A stretch of 64,000 nt of DNA from Deltaproteobacteria bacterium (GTDB taxonomy: Bacteria > Myxococcota_A > UBA796 > UBA9615), in the NCBI GenBank assembly GCA_023954745.1, contig JAGSHC010000003.1, positions 5,395-69,394 on the forward strand, given 5' to 3'. This document shows, piece by piece, positions 34,875 to 44,830 of this stretch (position 1 is the stretch's first letter; every line of letters starts with the position of its first letter). Position numbers and translations under genes: made by a program. The notes below the pieces were generated by a model. It was not told where the DNA came from, did no database searches, and was given only the letters and a program-made list of their open reading frames with translations.

Positions 34875-37361
34875 CTATGGCCAGGCCAGATCTTCCACCA
34901 CCAGGTTCGGGTCCGCGGCGATCTCCTCCTCGGTGAAGGCCACATCCCGCATCGTCCCCAGGCCGTAGACCTCGGCGGACTGATCGGCGAAGGAGTCGCG
35001 GTCCGCATCCTGCGACTGGGAGTAGGTCATCACCGCGCGGGACTGCGGCGCTCCGTCCACGAACTGCGTCACGAGGATGAAGGAGTTGCCACGGTTGATG
35101 GCGTATCCGTCCACCGTGAGGTCGGTCGTGGCGTTCACCACCTCGGGTTGAGGCATGCGAGGCAAGGCTGGACCACCGCTCGCACTGGTGAAGTCGGAGA
35201 TGGCGATGGCGCCCTCGATCTCGCGGCCCCCGATGACGGGATGGCGCTGATCACCCTTCTGCTGGAACTGCACCTCGCCCAGAGGCGCCGTGATCGAGAT
35301 GCCTGTGTCCGTGAGGCGCTTCGTCGCGCGCGCCAGGGCATCGAGGATGGGATCGGGGCCCTCAGCGGGAGCGGCCGCCAGCGTGTTCGGTGTCGCCACC
35401 GGGTCGTTGGGGTCGAAGGGCACGGCGAAGAGTCCGCCTGCGTCACCCCAGACGTCGTCGCGCACGAAGTCACCACCCCCGATGAACTCCCGCCACACCG
35501 GCGGCCCCACGGAGTCGAGGGCGTATCGGCCGTCCCAGGTTGCGAGCGCTGAGCAGGTGTCGGTCAGGTCCACGGTGGTGGAGTCCACCGGATACGCCGC
35601 GAGCACGGACCCATCGAGGGCGTTGCAGCGAGCGGCCACCTGGCCGGAGATGAGCTCCGCGATGGAGGTGCGGCTGCCCATGGCGGCCTCCTCGAGCTCG
35701 GCGAGGGTCCACTGCCCGTCTTCACCCGCAGATCCACCGACGTTGTCGAGGTACATCAGGTTCATGCGAGTCCGCGGGGACCGGGACGTGCCCTCCGCTC
35801 CGAAGATGGGGTCGAGCCCCACCAGGGGCTGCTGCGAGTTGGTGAGCCAGTGGTTGTTGTTGGCGTTGGACACGTAGTCCGTGCGCTCCAGGCTCGGGGC
35901 GTTGGAGAAGGGAACCAGACCCGGCTCCCGCGCTCCGGGCTCCTCGACCCACTCGTAGGTGGGGTCGCCGCCAGGCAGGAGAATGGCGCCGTTGTCAGCG
36001 AAGAGGCTCGCGAAGGTGTTGTCCTCCACGAACGCGTCGTAGCCGTCCCACGCGGCCGAGCTCAGGTTCGGCGCCGAGGCCGAGTCGGTGTACCAGGAGC
36101 GCCCCGCCGCATCGGCGTACATCGTGTGCACCCACGGGATGCCGTTCTGATCACGGTGGGCCGCGCTGAAGGAGTCCAGGTCGGTGGCCTTGTTCATGCC
36201 AAACCACGTGGGAAGCATCGCCAGGTTGTTGTCGTTGGCGTCGCGGAAGGTGAACGCGACCTGCTCGGTCCAGCCGACGATGGGCGCGTTGATGACCGGT
36301 CCGTACTGGCTGCGGTAGAGCGTGCGGGTCTCCTCCGTCAGGTCGCCGCCGAAGCCAGGCACCGTGATCGTGTACTCCCGCGTCTCCATGTCGACGTAGT
36401 CGTCACCGACGAGGTACCGGGTGGGATCCCCAGGCTCGAGGTCGAGCATGTAGGCCGTGAAGCGGGGCGTGCCCGACACCGTGTGCGTCCAGGCGATGTC
36501 TTCGTTGAAGCCGATGTTGATGGCGGTCACGCCGACGAGGGAGGCGCCGTACACGTTGATGGAGCCAGGGATGGTGAGGTGCGACTCCCACCAGCGAAGC
36601 TCCCCCTCGTAGGGGAAGTGGGTGTTCGACAGCAGGAGCCCGCCGCCGCTGGCGCTGTCGTCGGCGCCGATGCCCCACCCGTTGGAGCCCCACTGAGGGT
36701 CGCGAATCGGAGCCATCATCTGCTCGAAGGCCGCGACGGCCTCGGGATCAGAGAGGTCGTTGCTGTAGCGGGGAGCTCGCGAGCCGTCGGGAGGGCTGGC
36801 CTGGGCGACGGCGCCGAGGAAGTTGCCTCCGGAGCCCCGCAGACCCAGCGACAGGTAGTAGGCCAGCAAGTCGATGTGGTCGAAGGGCTGCACCCACTCC
36901 GCGCCGCGACAGGGGGAAGGCAGTCCGCCGGCCCCGACCTCCGCGAGGTAGGCATTGAAGCCTGCCGAGTAGCCCCTGAGGGCCTCGGCGACCTCCGGCT
37001 CGAGGGTGGAGAACCCCGCTTCCGCCTGCTCCATTACACCGAGACCCAACCAGCCGAAGTCCGAGTCCACGTGAGCGTCGTTGGGGCCTCGCCCGAACCA
37101 CCGGGCCTGCTCCGACTTCACCCGCATCATCTGATCCGCCAGCGTGCAGGCGTGGTCCCGGGCATGGGCATGGGCCATCCCAAAGGCGAGGGAGCCCCAA
37201 TCGTCCGCCACGATGTGCGGAACTCCCCAAGACGTCCACCGGACCTGGGCGGAGTACGCACGTTCTTCGGTCGGGGCCGCGCTGTCGTCGTCGTCGGCGG
37301 CTGGGCAGCCAGTGGCGAGCAGTGCGGCAAGGGCGAAGCTGAGACGGGTGTGGGCGTGCAT
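34875..37361 (-). CDS. Penicillin-acylase / acyl-homoserine-lactone-acylase family Ntn-hydrolase (PvdQ-like); lipoprotein
   Basis: ATG with GGAG RBS. LLATGC lipobox. SNGWGI β-subunit nucleophile motif. Size typical of PvdQ/QuiP (829 aa). Confidence 0.85.
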   Translation of the reverse strand: MHAHTRLSFALAALLATGCPAADDDDSAAPTEERAYSAQVRWTSWGVPHIVADDWGSLAFGMAHAHARDHACTLADQMMRVKSEQARWFGRGPNDAHVDSDFGWLGLGVMEQAEAGFSTLEPEVAEALRGYSAGFNAYLAEVGAGGLPSPCRGAEWVQPFDHIDLLAYYLSLGLRGSGGNFLGAVAQASPPDGSRAPRYSNDLSDPEAVAAFEQMMAPIRDPQWGSNGWGIGADDSASGGGLLLSNTHFPYEGELRWWESHLTIPGSINVYGASLVGVTAINIGFNEDIAWTHTVSGTPRFTAYMLDLEPGDPTRYLVGDDYVDMETREYTITVPGFGGDLTEETRTLYRSQYGPVINAPIVGWTEQVAFTFRDANDNNLAMLPTWFGMNKATDLDSFSAAHRDQNGIPWVHTMYADAAGRSWYTDSASAPNLSSAAWDGYDAFVEDNTFASLFADNGAILLPGGDPTYEWVEEPGAREPGLVPFSNAPSLERTDYVSNANNNHWLTNSQQPLVGLDPIFGAEGTSRSPRTRMNLMYLDNVGGSAGEDGQWTLAELEEAAMGSRTSIAELISGQVAARCNALDGSVLAAYPVDSTTVDLTDTCSALATWDGRYALDSVGPPVWREFIGGGDFVRDDVWGDAGGLFAVPFDPNDPVATPNTLAAAPAEGPDPILDALARATKRLTDTGISITAPLGEVQFQQKGDQRHPVIGGREIEGAIAISDFTSASGGPALPRMPQPEVVNATTDLTVDGYAINRGNSFILVTQFVDGAPQSRAVMTYSQSQDADRDSFADQSAEVYGLGTMRDVAFTEEEIAADPNLVVEDLAWP

Positions 37362-37444
37362 CGGGTGGGTCTCCAAACGGCCCGAATCCTACAGACCGAA
37401 GAGAATCGTGGTGGATCCCCGGGATCGATTTCGTCCCGGGTTGC

Positions 37445-38791
37445 ATGAGCCTCTCCATCGCCTTTCGTCACCATGGCCTCGACGCGTTCGAGGTCCCCCT
37501 CCCTCCGCGGGGTTCGCTGAGCATCGGCCGGGCGCCGGACTGCGCGGTCTGCTTGCCGGATCCCGAGCGCCTCCTCTCCCGGTTGCACTGCGAGCTGCGT
37601 CGGCAGGCGGCGGGCGTCATGGTGGTGGACCGCTCAGCCAATGGGGTTCGGCTCGGGGGGACGAGGCTTCGGCGCGACACCCCACGCTTGCTCCGTCCAG
37701 GCCAGGAGCTCGCGCTGCCCGGTTGGACTCTCGTCCTCAAGCGCGCCCCGACGGGACGGCTCGGCTCGACCCTGGACCGCCGCTCCGATGACCACTCAGC
37801 CCCCGAAGAGGGAGGTCTCTGCGGGATCTCTGGTGCGGCAGCGTCGATGCAGGCCCTCTTCCGCCAGATGGAGCGCGTGGCGGGCTTCTCCGTGCCGGTG
37901 CTCATCCACGGCGAGACAGGCTCGGGCAAGGAGCTGGTGGCGCGCGCTGTCCATCAACTATCTCGCCGCGGTGCCGGACCGTTCGTCGCGGTGAACTGTG
38001 GCGCCATCCACGGCGAGACCGCCCACTCCCGGCTGTTCGGACACGAGCGCGGGGCGTTCACAGGGGCGGAGAAGGCGGCGTTGGGCGCCTTCCGTGAGGC
38101 GGAGGGGGGCACGCTGTTCCTCGATGAGATCGCGGAACTCTCCCTCTCCCACCAGACCGCGCTCCTCCGTGTCCTCGAGCTCGCGGAGGTTGTCCCGTTG
38201 GGGGCCTCGGCGCCCGTGGCGGTCGACTATCGGCTCGTGGCGGCGACCCATCGCGAACTGCGCCACCTGGTCGCGGCGGGGCGGTTCAGGGAAGACCTCT
38301 ACTTCCGCCTCGATGTGGTCACCCTGCGTGTCCCCCCGCTTCGGGAGCGGTTGGCGGACATCGTGCCGTTGGCTCGCGGCTTTCTGGGGGAGCTTGCGTC
38401 GGGCCCTGCACCTGCACTTCTTCCGGACGCCGTGGAGTTGTTGCTGGCGCACCGATGGCCGGGGAATGTGCGCGAGTTGAGGGCCACCATGCTGCGGGCG
38501 CTCCTGGCGGCCGAGTCCGGGACGGTGGGGCGAGAGCAGATTGTCCTGAGGGCTGCGCGATCGCGGCCCGTCGCATCCTTCGCCGCCGAGTCTCCAGCGA
38601 GCTCGCTCGCCGCCTCCGCTGCCTTCCCCACCTGGGAGCTGCCCGATGCAGTCGACCCCCTCGACGCGGAGAGGCGCCGGATCTTGGCCGTCCTGCAGCG
38701 GACCGCGGGCAACCGCAAGGCCGCAGCAGAGATGCTCGGCATCGCGCGCTCGACCCTGTACGCCCGTTTGCGGCGCCTGGGCCTGAGCTGA
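37445..38791 (+). CDS. Sigma-54-dependent Fis-family transcriptional activator with N-terminal FHA domain
   Basis: FHA region. GETGSGKE Walker A. GAFTGA σ54-contact motif. C-terminal HTH (AAEMLGIARSTLYARLRRLG). Confidence 0.9.
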   Translation: MSLSIAFRHHGLDAFEVPLPPRGSLSIGRAPDCAVCLPDPERLLSRLHCELRRQAAGVMVVDRSANGVRLGGTRLRRDTPRLLRPGQELALPGWTLVLKRAPTGRLGSTLDRRSDDHSAPEEGGLCGISGAAASMQALFRQMERVAGFSVPVLIHGETGSGKELVARAVHQLSRRGAGPFVAVNCGAIHGETAHSRLFGHERGAFTGAEKAALGAFREAEGGTLFLDEIAELSLSHQTALLRVLELAEVVPLGASAPVAVDYRLVAATHRELRHLVAAGRFREDLYFRLDVVTLRVPPLRERLADIVPLARGFLGELASGPAPALLPDAVELLLAHRWPGNVRELRATMLRALLAAESGTVGREQIVLRAARSRPVASFAAESPASSLAASAAFPTWELPDAVDPLDAERRRILAVLQRTAGNRKAAAEMLGIARSTLYARLRRLGLS

Positions 38792-38805
38792 CCGCTCTGG
38801 TCAGC
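38787..38805. terminator. Perfect 7-bp inverted repeat (GCTGACC-gctct-GGTCAGC) spanning the two convergent stop codons; candidate bidirectional terminator hairpin
   Basis: Read directly from the sequence. No U-tract, as expected for a high-GC organism. Confidence 0.35.
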
Positions 38806-39763
38806 CGCGCCCGTGAGGAGCGGCGAGCTCGAAGTCGGGGCCGAGGGGCACGATGCGTGAGGGGTTCACGCTCTCGTGGGACCGGTAGTAATGCTCCTTG
38901 ATCTGGTCGAGACGCACGGTCTTGGCGATGCCCGGGGTCTGGTAGAGGTCGCGCAGATAGTTCGGCAGGTGCTCGTAGTCCGCGATGCGGCGCAGGTTGC
39001 ACTTGAAGTGGCCCACGTAGACGGGGTCGAAGCGCACGAGGGTGCCGAAGGCGCAGATGTCGGCCTCGGTCATCCGGGTGTCAGACGCGAGGTAGCGCTG
39101 CTCGGCCAGGATGGCCTCCAGCTCGTCGAGCACGTCGAAGACGTCGGTCACCGCTCGCTCGTAGGCCTCCTGGCTCCGGGCAAACCCTGCGCGGTACACG
39201 CCGTTGTTGAAGCGGTTGTAGATCTGGTCACGCAGGGCGTCGGAGGTCTCGCGCAGCCCCTCGGGATACAGGTCCACCTCGGGGTTCTTGGCGAGCCCGG
39301 GGCCGAACTCCTCATTGAGCATGCGGATGATCTCGGTGGACTCGTTGTTGACGATGCGCCCCGTCTGCTTGTCGTACAGCACCGGGACCGTCACGCGACC
39401 GGTGAAGTCGGGCTTGGCCTGTTGGTACACCTCGCGAAGGAAGCGCTTGCCGAGCACGTGGTCTTCGGTGGAGCCGTTGCGGCCCTCGAAGTGCCAGCCG
39501 TCCGCAGTCATGAACGCGTCGACAACGGAGACCGAGATGACGTCCTCGAGTCCTCGCAGCGAGCGGAGGATCAGGGTCCGGTGGGCCCAGGGGCATGCAT
39601 AGGAGACGTAGAGGTGGTACCGCCCGCTCTCCGCGGGGAACCCCGAGGAGCCGTCGGCGGTGATGCGGTCGCGGAACGTCGTGGCCTTCCGTCGGAACTC
39701 CCCTCCGTCGTTTGTGGGGAAGTGGTTCTCAAGGGTCCAGACTCCGTCGATCAACATGCCCAT
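38801..39763 (-). CDS. Glutathionyl-hydroquinone reductase (Xi-class GST, YqjG/ECM4-like)
   Basis: CPWAHR active-site motif. Family-typical sequence throughout. Confidence 0.9.
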   Translation of the reverse strand: MGMLIDGVWTLENHFPTNDGGEFRRKATTFRDRITADGSSGFPAESGRYHLYVSYACPWAHRTLILRSLRGLEDVISVSVVDAFMTADGWHFEGRNGSTEDHVLGKRFLREVYQQAKPDFTGRVTVPVLYDKQTGRIVNNESTEIIRMLNEEFGPGLAKNPEVDLYPEGLRETSDALRDQIYNRFNNGVYRAGFARSQEAYERAVTDVFDVLDELEAILAEQRYLASDTRMTEADICAFGTLVRFDPVYVGHFKCNLRRIADYEHLPNYLRDLYQTPGIAKTVRLDQIKEHYYRSHESVNPSRIVPLGPDFELAAPHGRG

Positions 39764-39983
39764 GGCACCGCACCTCCGTCGCGTTGGCGACCTGCGCCGC
39801 CAGTAGGCAACGCGGAGAAGATCTAGCCGGTCCGAAAAGAAGCAGCCATGGCGACGGACGGAATGGATTGTGCCGAATGGTGGACAGGTTCTCGCGCCCC
39901 TCGAGAACAGCCGGGAAACCTGGTGGATCTGCCCTGGTCATGTCGTCCCCGAGTGTGCCGCACGTCGCGGCCTCGGAGGCCCC

Positions 39984-40724
39984 ATGCGACCCATGCAACT
40001 CGTGACCCTGCGCTTCGACGACTCCCGCCCCGTGGCTCCAGACCTGGAGTCACGCCTCTATCTCGCTCGTCTGGTCTCGAAGGTTTGTGGCCCCTTTGGC
40101 CTGCTCGCATGGCGCGTGCGCGGCTCGAGTCTTCGTTTGCTGTTGGCGTCTGAGCCGAGAGGCGCGACGGAGGCCGCCCGGCGGGTGGCGATCGGCGCGC
40201 AGCAGGTGATTGGTGGTGGCTCTCGGTGGGCGCCGGCGAGGGTGCGGCCGATCCGTGGCGTCGATCAGGTGGCGCGACTCAGCCAGCAGCTCCTGCTCAC
40301 GGAAGTGACGAGTCCACTGGACACGGCGTCGAGCCTCCCCGACGCACTCGGCTTGAGAGCCTTGGCGCCGTACCTGCGAGGAGGGCGTGCCCTGCTCAGC
40401 CAATCGCTGCCCTTCCCACCGCTCTCGGACGAGCACAGCCTGGCGCAGGAGGCGGATTGGAGTCAGCTGCCAGTTGCGGCAGCGGCCGTGTTCGGACACG
40501 CCAACCTGAGCAGGCGATTCGCCTGGAGGACCCGCGTCCTGAGCGCGTCGGCATCACTGGCGATGCCGGCGATGCGGCTGAACGAGATGTCGGCGCTGCT
40601 TCGGGTGTCCCGGAGCACGCTCTACCGGGCGATCGAGCGGCCGGTCCCGAGGGGGCTCAAGACGATGGTGGAGGGCCAACTGCGTTGGCGGAGTCTGCTC
40701 GCGCGACAGGAGCGGGTCGCCTGA
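39984..40724 (+). CDS. Hypothetical protein with C-terminal excisionase-type HTH; N-terminus resembles a degenerate IS200-like transposase fold
   Basis: ATG 5 nt after GGAGG. C-terminus MRLNEMSALLRVSRSTLYRAIERP is HTH_17-like. The position equivalent to the HuH motif reads GSSLRLLL, with no histidines. Confidence 0.5.
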   Translation: MRPMQLVTLRFDDSRPVAPDLESRLYLARLVSKVCGPFGLLAWRVRGSSLRLLLASEPRGATEAARRVAIGAQQVIGGGSRWAPARVRPIRGVDQVARLSQQLLLTEVTSPLDTASSLPDALGLRALAPYLRGGRALLSQSLPFPPLSDEHSLAQEADWSQLPVAAAAVFGHANLSRRFAWRTRVLSASASLAMPAMRLNEMSALLRVSRSTLYRAIERPVPRGLKTMVEGQLRWRSLLARQERVA

Positions 40725-40737
40725 GATCGCCCTCAGG

Positions 40738-41415
40738 TCACGAGCGACGCACGGTCACGAGGAGACCATCCCCCTGGTCCACGATCTGGGAGAACAGATT
40801 GGGCTGCGAGAACAGCCAGTCGTTGTGCTGATGCACCGAGCTGGTCCACGCGTCCCACGTGGTGCCGTAGACGCAGACCTTGCCGTACCAGAGCGCGCTC
40901 GCCGCCATGTACAGCCCGCCGGGCCGCAGTCGTTCCGTGGCGAGGCGGCCCACCCGCGGATAGAGCTCCTTCTCCACGTCGCAGACGACGACGTCGAAGG
41001 GCCCGGGATCGAGCTCGAGAAAGTCCAGCGCGTCGGTGCAGCGGTACTCGAAGTCGACATGCAGCCCGGCGCGAGCGTGGAACGCCTTGGCTCGCTCGAT
41101 GTTGTCTGCGTTGGTGTCGACGCAGATGACCTTCGCCCCCGCCCCCGCGGCTGCCGCGAGCCACATGGACGAGTACCCGAAGCCACAGCCGAGGTCGACG
41201 ATGCGCCGGGCGCCGATGAGCCCTGCGTTCATGCACAGCGTGCGGCCGACCAGGGGACCGACGGTGGGGAAGTGCGTGCGCTCCGCCAGCGCCTCCATCT
41301 CGAGGAGGGTGGGCATGAACTCGGCGGGCAAGCCGCGATGGCCCGTAGCGTCCGTGAGGTCGAGCATGTAGCGCTCGACGCGGGCGTCGGTGATGACCGG
41401 GAGCTTCGACGACAC
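40738..41415 (-). CDS. Class I SAM-dependent O-methyltransferase (family 3, caffeoyl-CoA OMT-like)
   Basis: DLGCGFGYSSMWLA motif I. Start assigned to GTG 41415 (MSSKLPVITDARVERYMLD...); the ATG at 41367 is an alternative. The tracked N-extension is spurious. Confidence 0.7.
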   Translation of the reverse strand: MSSKLPVITDARVERYMLDLTDATGHRGLPAEFMPTLLEMEALAERTHFPTVGPLVGRTLCMNAGLIGARRIVDLGCGFGYSSMWLAAAAGAGAKVICVDTNADNIERAKAFHARAGLHVDFEYRCTDALDFLELDPGPFDVVVCDVEKELYPRVGRLATERLRPGGLYMAASALWYGKVCVYGTTWDAWTSSVHQHNDWLFSQPNLFSQIVDQGDGLLVTVRRS

Positions 41416-41595
41416 GGTCCAAAGTATAGGCTTCGTCTGGTCCCTTCGCTCGGACACACAAAAGCAGTTTCCCAACTGCTCCTCCGCCGGTTCAGTGGAT
41501 CGGTGCCCTCTTCCCGACCCACACGCGCGGGCCTGCGGATTGCGAGTCAGACGTTGACCGACCCCAGCCCTCCCGCCCGCAAGCGTCTCCGCCTC

Positions 41596-42189
41596 GTGGC
41601 GGATCGCGATGCGCTGGCTGCGCTCTCGGACGAGGAGCTGATGGAGCGGCATCGCGACGGCCACGAGGGTTGCTTCGACATCCTCGTCGAGCGCTACAAG
41701 ACCAAGATGGTGAACTTCATCCGGCGCATGGGCTTCCCGGCTTCGCGGGCCGAAGAGCTCGCCGCTGACGTCTTCCTGAAGGTCCATCGCGCCGCTCCGC
41801 GATACCAGCCCACCGCGAAGTTCACGACGTTCCTCTACACCGTGGCCCGCCGGCGCGGACTCAACGCCAAGGACCGGATGTCCCATCGGCTCGAGATCGC
41901 CGCGGGGGGGCACGAGCTCGACATGGGACCGGGGCCGTCCATCGATGTGGACCGCCGCCTCGCCGCGAAGCGCTCCGTCGCTCTGCTCGAGCTCGAGCTC
42001 GAGCGGCTGCCCGACGGCCATCGAGACGCCTTCGCCCTCTACTACGGACAAGGCCTCAGCTGCGCCGAGATCGCCGACGTGCTCTCGATCTCCGCGGCCG
42101 AAGTCAAAGGCCGTCTCGCCTATTCACGCAAGCTCCTCCGCCAACGTCTCGCCGGCCACGTGCCCGAGGCCACCTCTTCGGAGACATGA
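41596..42189 (+). CDS. ECF-type RNA polymerase sigma-70 factor
   Basis: SDEELMERHRDGHEGCFDILVERY (region 2) and GLSCAEIADVLSISAAEVKGRLAYSRKLL (region 4). Start is GTG 41596, or ATG 41641. Confidence 0.75.
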   Translation: MADRDALAALSDEELMERHRDGHEGCFDILVERYKTKMVNFIRRMGFPASRAEELAADVFLKVHRAAPRYQPTAKFTTFLYTVARRRGLNAKDRMSHRLEIAAGGHELDMGPGPSIDVDRRLAAKRSVALLELELERLPDGHRDAFALYYGQGLSCAEIADVLSISAAEVKGRLAYSRKLLRQRLAGHVPEATSSET

Positions 42190-43073
42190 CCATGACCGCC
42201 CCCGCCTTTGACGCCCTGGATCTGCTGCTCGCCCTGCGCGACGAAGACCTCTCCGATGCGGAGCGCGCTGCCGCCTCTTCCATCGAGGGCCGCGCCGAGA
42301 TCGAGGCCGAAGACTCGTTGCTCGCCGCCATGATCGACGACTGGGTGGCCGATGAGATCACCCCGTCGTTCACCGCCTCCGACATCTTCGCGCTGGCGGC
42401 CAACGACGACGCGTCCCCCGCTGCCGACGTGTTTCCCGAGTCTTCCGATTCGGTGGAGCGCCCGGCGTCGATTGCAGCGGGTCACGCCGGACCAACCACT
42501 GGGGGATCGCTCCCTCCGTGGTTGGTACCGGTGGCCCTCGCCGCGTCCATTGCGGCCCTGGCGTTCGGCGCCTGGCAGATGAGCGACACCCCGGCGGAGA
42601 CCGAGGACATGCGTCCGAAGTCCATGGTGAGCGACGCCAGCGCCACGCGGGTGGCCCTGCAGTTCTCGGTGGAGGGCACCGCGGGGGTGCTCCCCGGGCG
42701 CAACGGCGCGAGCTACGGGCCCGACGACTCTCTTGCCTTCCGCTTCGACGTCGCAGGTGACGCTGGGTACATGGCGCTGCTCGAGGTGAACGCCGACGGG
42801 GACTGGGATGTTCTGTACCCCCTCGACGGAGGCACCCTCGCTGTCGAGGAAGGCGCGCACGTGCTCGCCAGCGACTCCGGCGCGCCCCTCGTCTACCGGC
42901 CCGACGAAGTCGAGGCGGGTACCCTGGACTACGTCGCAGTGGTGCTCTCGGAGCCGGTGGATCCGGCGCGAGTGGTGCCGGGTCTGCTTGCAGCGGGCCT
43001 GCATCGTGCCGATCTGTGGCCGAGGCCTGTCGTCGCGGTGGACGCGGTGACGGTGACCTGGGAGGCGCGCTGA
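42186..43073 (+). CDS. Anti-sigma factor, single TM, with C-terminal DUF4384-like periplasmic domain
   Basis: ATGA overlap with the sigma stop. TM segment LPPWLVPVALAASIAALAFGAW. Confidence 0.75.
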   Translation: MTMTAPAFDALDLLLALRDEDLSDAERAAASSIEGRAEIEAEDSLLAAMIDDWVADEITPSFTASDIFALAANDDASPAADVFPESSDSVERPASIAAGHAGPTTGGSLPPWLVPVALAASIAALAFGAWQMSDTPAETEDMRPKSMVSDASATRVALQFSVEGTAGVLPGRNGASYGPDDSLAFRFDVAGDAGYMALLEVNADGDWDVLYPLDGGTLAVEEGAHVLASDSGAPLVYRPDEVEAGTLDYVAVVLSEPVDPARVVPGLLAAGLHRADLWPRPVVAVDAVTVTWEAR

Positions 43074-43080
43074 GAGTCCG

Positions 43081-44778
43081 GTGAGAGTCCTTCTCCCCCT
43101 TCTGCTTCTTGCTCTGGCCGTGCCGGGCTGCGCCACCGTGCGCGGACCTGCCGACGAGGGCTGGCGCAACAAGGGGTTCGAGGAGAGCAAGTCCACGCGG
43201 GAGACGCTGGAGGCCTCCTTTGCGGCGCGTCGCATCGCCCTGGTGGTCGGCAACAACCACTACGACGACCCGACCTTCACTCCGCTGAAGTGGGCGGAGA
43301 ACGACGCCGCGTCAGTGGGCAAGATCCTCGAGGACAGCAAGTACGGTGGCTTCGACCGTGTCATCTATCTGCTCGGGGAGAGCAAGGCCCGCCGGGACCG
43401 CATCCTGGCCGAGCTCGTCTCGCTCAAGAACGACCTGCGCCGCCAGGACAGCCTCGTGGTCTACGTCAGCACGCACGGGACCATGAAGCTCGATGGCCGC
43501 GGTGAGCCCCAGCTCTTCCTGGTGGCGGCAGACACCAGCCCGTCGGATCTTCGCGGGACCGCCATCGAGCTCGCGGAGCTCCAGCGCTTCTTCAGCGAGA
43601 TCCGGTCCGAGCGCAAGGCCCTCGTGCTCGACGCTTGTTACAACGGCGAGGGGAAGTCGACCCTGCAGCCCACCGTGAAGCAGCGCGTGGCGCGCATGGA
43701 GGAGTCACCGGTCCTCTCCCGCAAGGTGCGCCTCGGGGAAGCCGAGTCCCACCTGTTCGCGTCGACCTTCGGCAGGCCCGCCCGGGAGGACGACGCTCTT
43801 CAGCACGGCGTCTACACGAACCACCTGCTCGAGGCGATGACCTGGAACCAGGGTGACAGTGACGCCAACAGCGACGGTCTCGTCACCGCCTACGAGGCTC
43901 ACGACTACGCCCGCGCCAAGACCATCGAGTACACCCTCGGGGGACAGATCCCCGAGGCCTATTTCCGCGTGGTCGGCTTCAACGACCTCGCCCTCGTGGG
44001 GTCGGAAGAGGACCGAGCCACCGCCGATGAAGGCCTCATCTATCACTACGGCGACGAGGAGAGCCTCGATGGCGCGACGCTTCTGATCGATGGCCGGGAG
44101 AAGGGGGTCTTCCCAGGCACGTTCACTGTCGAGGCTGGACGGCACCGGGTGAAGATCGTGTCTCCCGAGGGCGAGACCCTGCAGGACCGGGTCGTGAGCT
44201 TTGCGCCGTACGAGCCCGTGGCAGCCGTCGCGGTGCAGACTCGCCCCCGTCACTATCCCGGCTTCATTGGCTTCGCGCCCCGAGCCCGCTTCTCCCTCAC
44301 TCCCACGCTCCTTCCTCTGGTGGGTCGCGCGAACGTGGGTGTCGAGGTGCGCGGCGGCCATCGGTTCGTCGGCGCCGTCGAGGGGCTCACCCTGGAGGGG
44401 CGGTTCGCCTATGCGCCGCACTCGGCTCGCTTCGAGGATGGAGACTCCGTCGACTTCCAGGCGCGGCACATCGTGTCGGGCGGGGTGGGGGTCGGCTACC
44501 GGGCGCTCCTGCGGGGCGCGATGCTCGGCGTCGGGTACCGCTTCTCAGGCACCTACCTGACCTCTCTCGAGGGCGACAGCTGCGCCGGGGTCGCCGCGTG
44601 TGACGCGTGGCTGTGGGGCACCCATGGGATCGCCCTCGAGGAGTCCTTCTCCCTCGGAAAGCGCTGGAGCCTGCACCTCGCCCAGGAGGTGGGCATCACG
44701 GGGCTGAACGTGACGGATCAGGGCATCAAGCCCGGCGTGGACTTCGGCATCACCGTCGGGGTCGAAGTCGGCCTGTAG
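43081..44778 (+). CDS. Caspase-family (peptidase C14) lipoprotein with C-terminal Gly-rich β domain
   Basis: GTG start. LLLLALAVPGC lipobox. His (VYVSTHGT) and Cys (VLDACYNG) catalytic dyad motifs. Confidence 0.85.
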   Translation: MRVLLPLLLLALAVPGCATVRGPADEGWRNKGFEESKSTRETLEASFAARRIALVVGNNHYDDPTFTPLKWAENDAASVGKILEDSKYGGFDRVIYLLGESKARRDRILAELVSLKNDLRRQDSLVVYVSTHGTMKLDGRGEPQLFLVAADTSPSDLRGTAIELAELQRFFSEIRSERKALVLDACYNGEGKSTLQPTVKQRVARMEESPVLSRKVRLGEAESHLFASTFGRPAREDDALQHGVYTNHLLEAMTWNQGDSDANSDGLVTAYEAHDYARAKTIEYTLGGQIPEAYFRVVGFNDLALVGSEEDRATADEGLIYHYGDEESLDGATLLIDGREKGVFPGTFTVEAGRHRVKIVSPEGETLQDRVVSFAPYEPVAAVAVQTRPRHYPGFIGFAPRARFSLTPTLLPLVGRANVGVEVRGGHRFVGAVEGLTLEGRFAYAPHSARFEDGDSVDFQARHIVSGGVGVGYRALLRGAMLGVGYRFSGTYLTSLEGDSCAGVAACDAWLWGTHGIALEESFSLGKRWSLHLAQEVGITGLNVTDQGIKPGVDFGITVGVEVGL

Positions 44779-44830
44779 CTCGCGCGCAGTGCCCGCCCGT
44801 CCTTGCAGGGGCCCCGGTACCCTGGACCCA

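Noticed and set aside
37362-37444. Searched the acylase/σ54-activator divergent region for a σ54 promoter (TGGCAC-N5-TTGC) and for CRISPR, tRNA or rRNA.
   Set aside because: No -24/-12 element is visible here. There are no repeat-spacer arrays, no cloverleaf-sized conserved segments in the short intergenic gaps, and no rRNA-like stretches.
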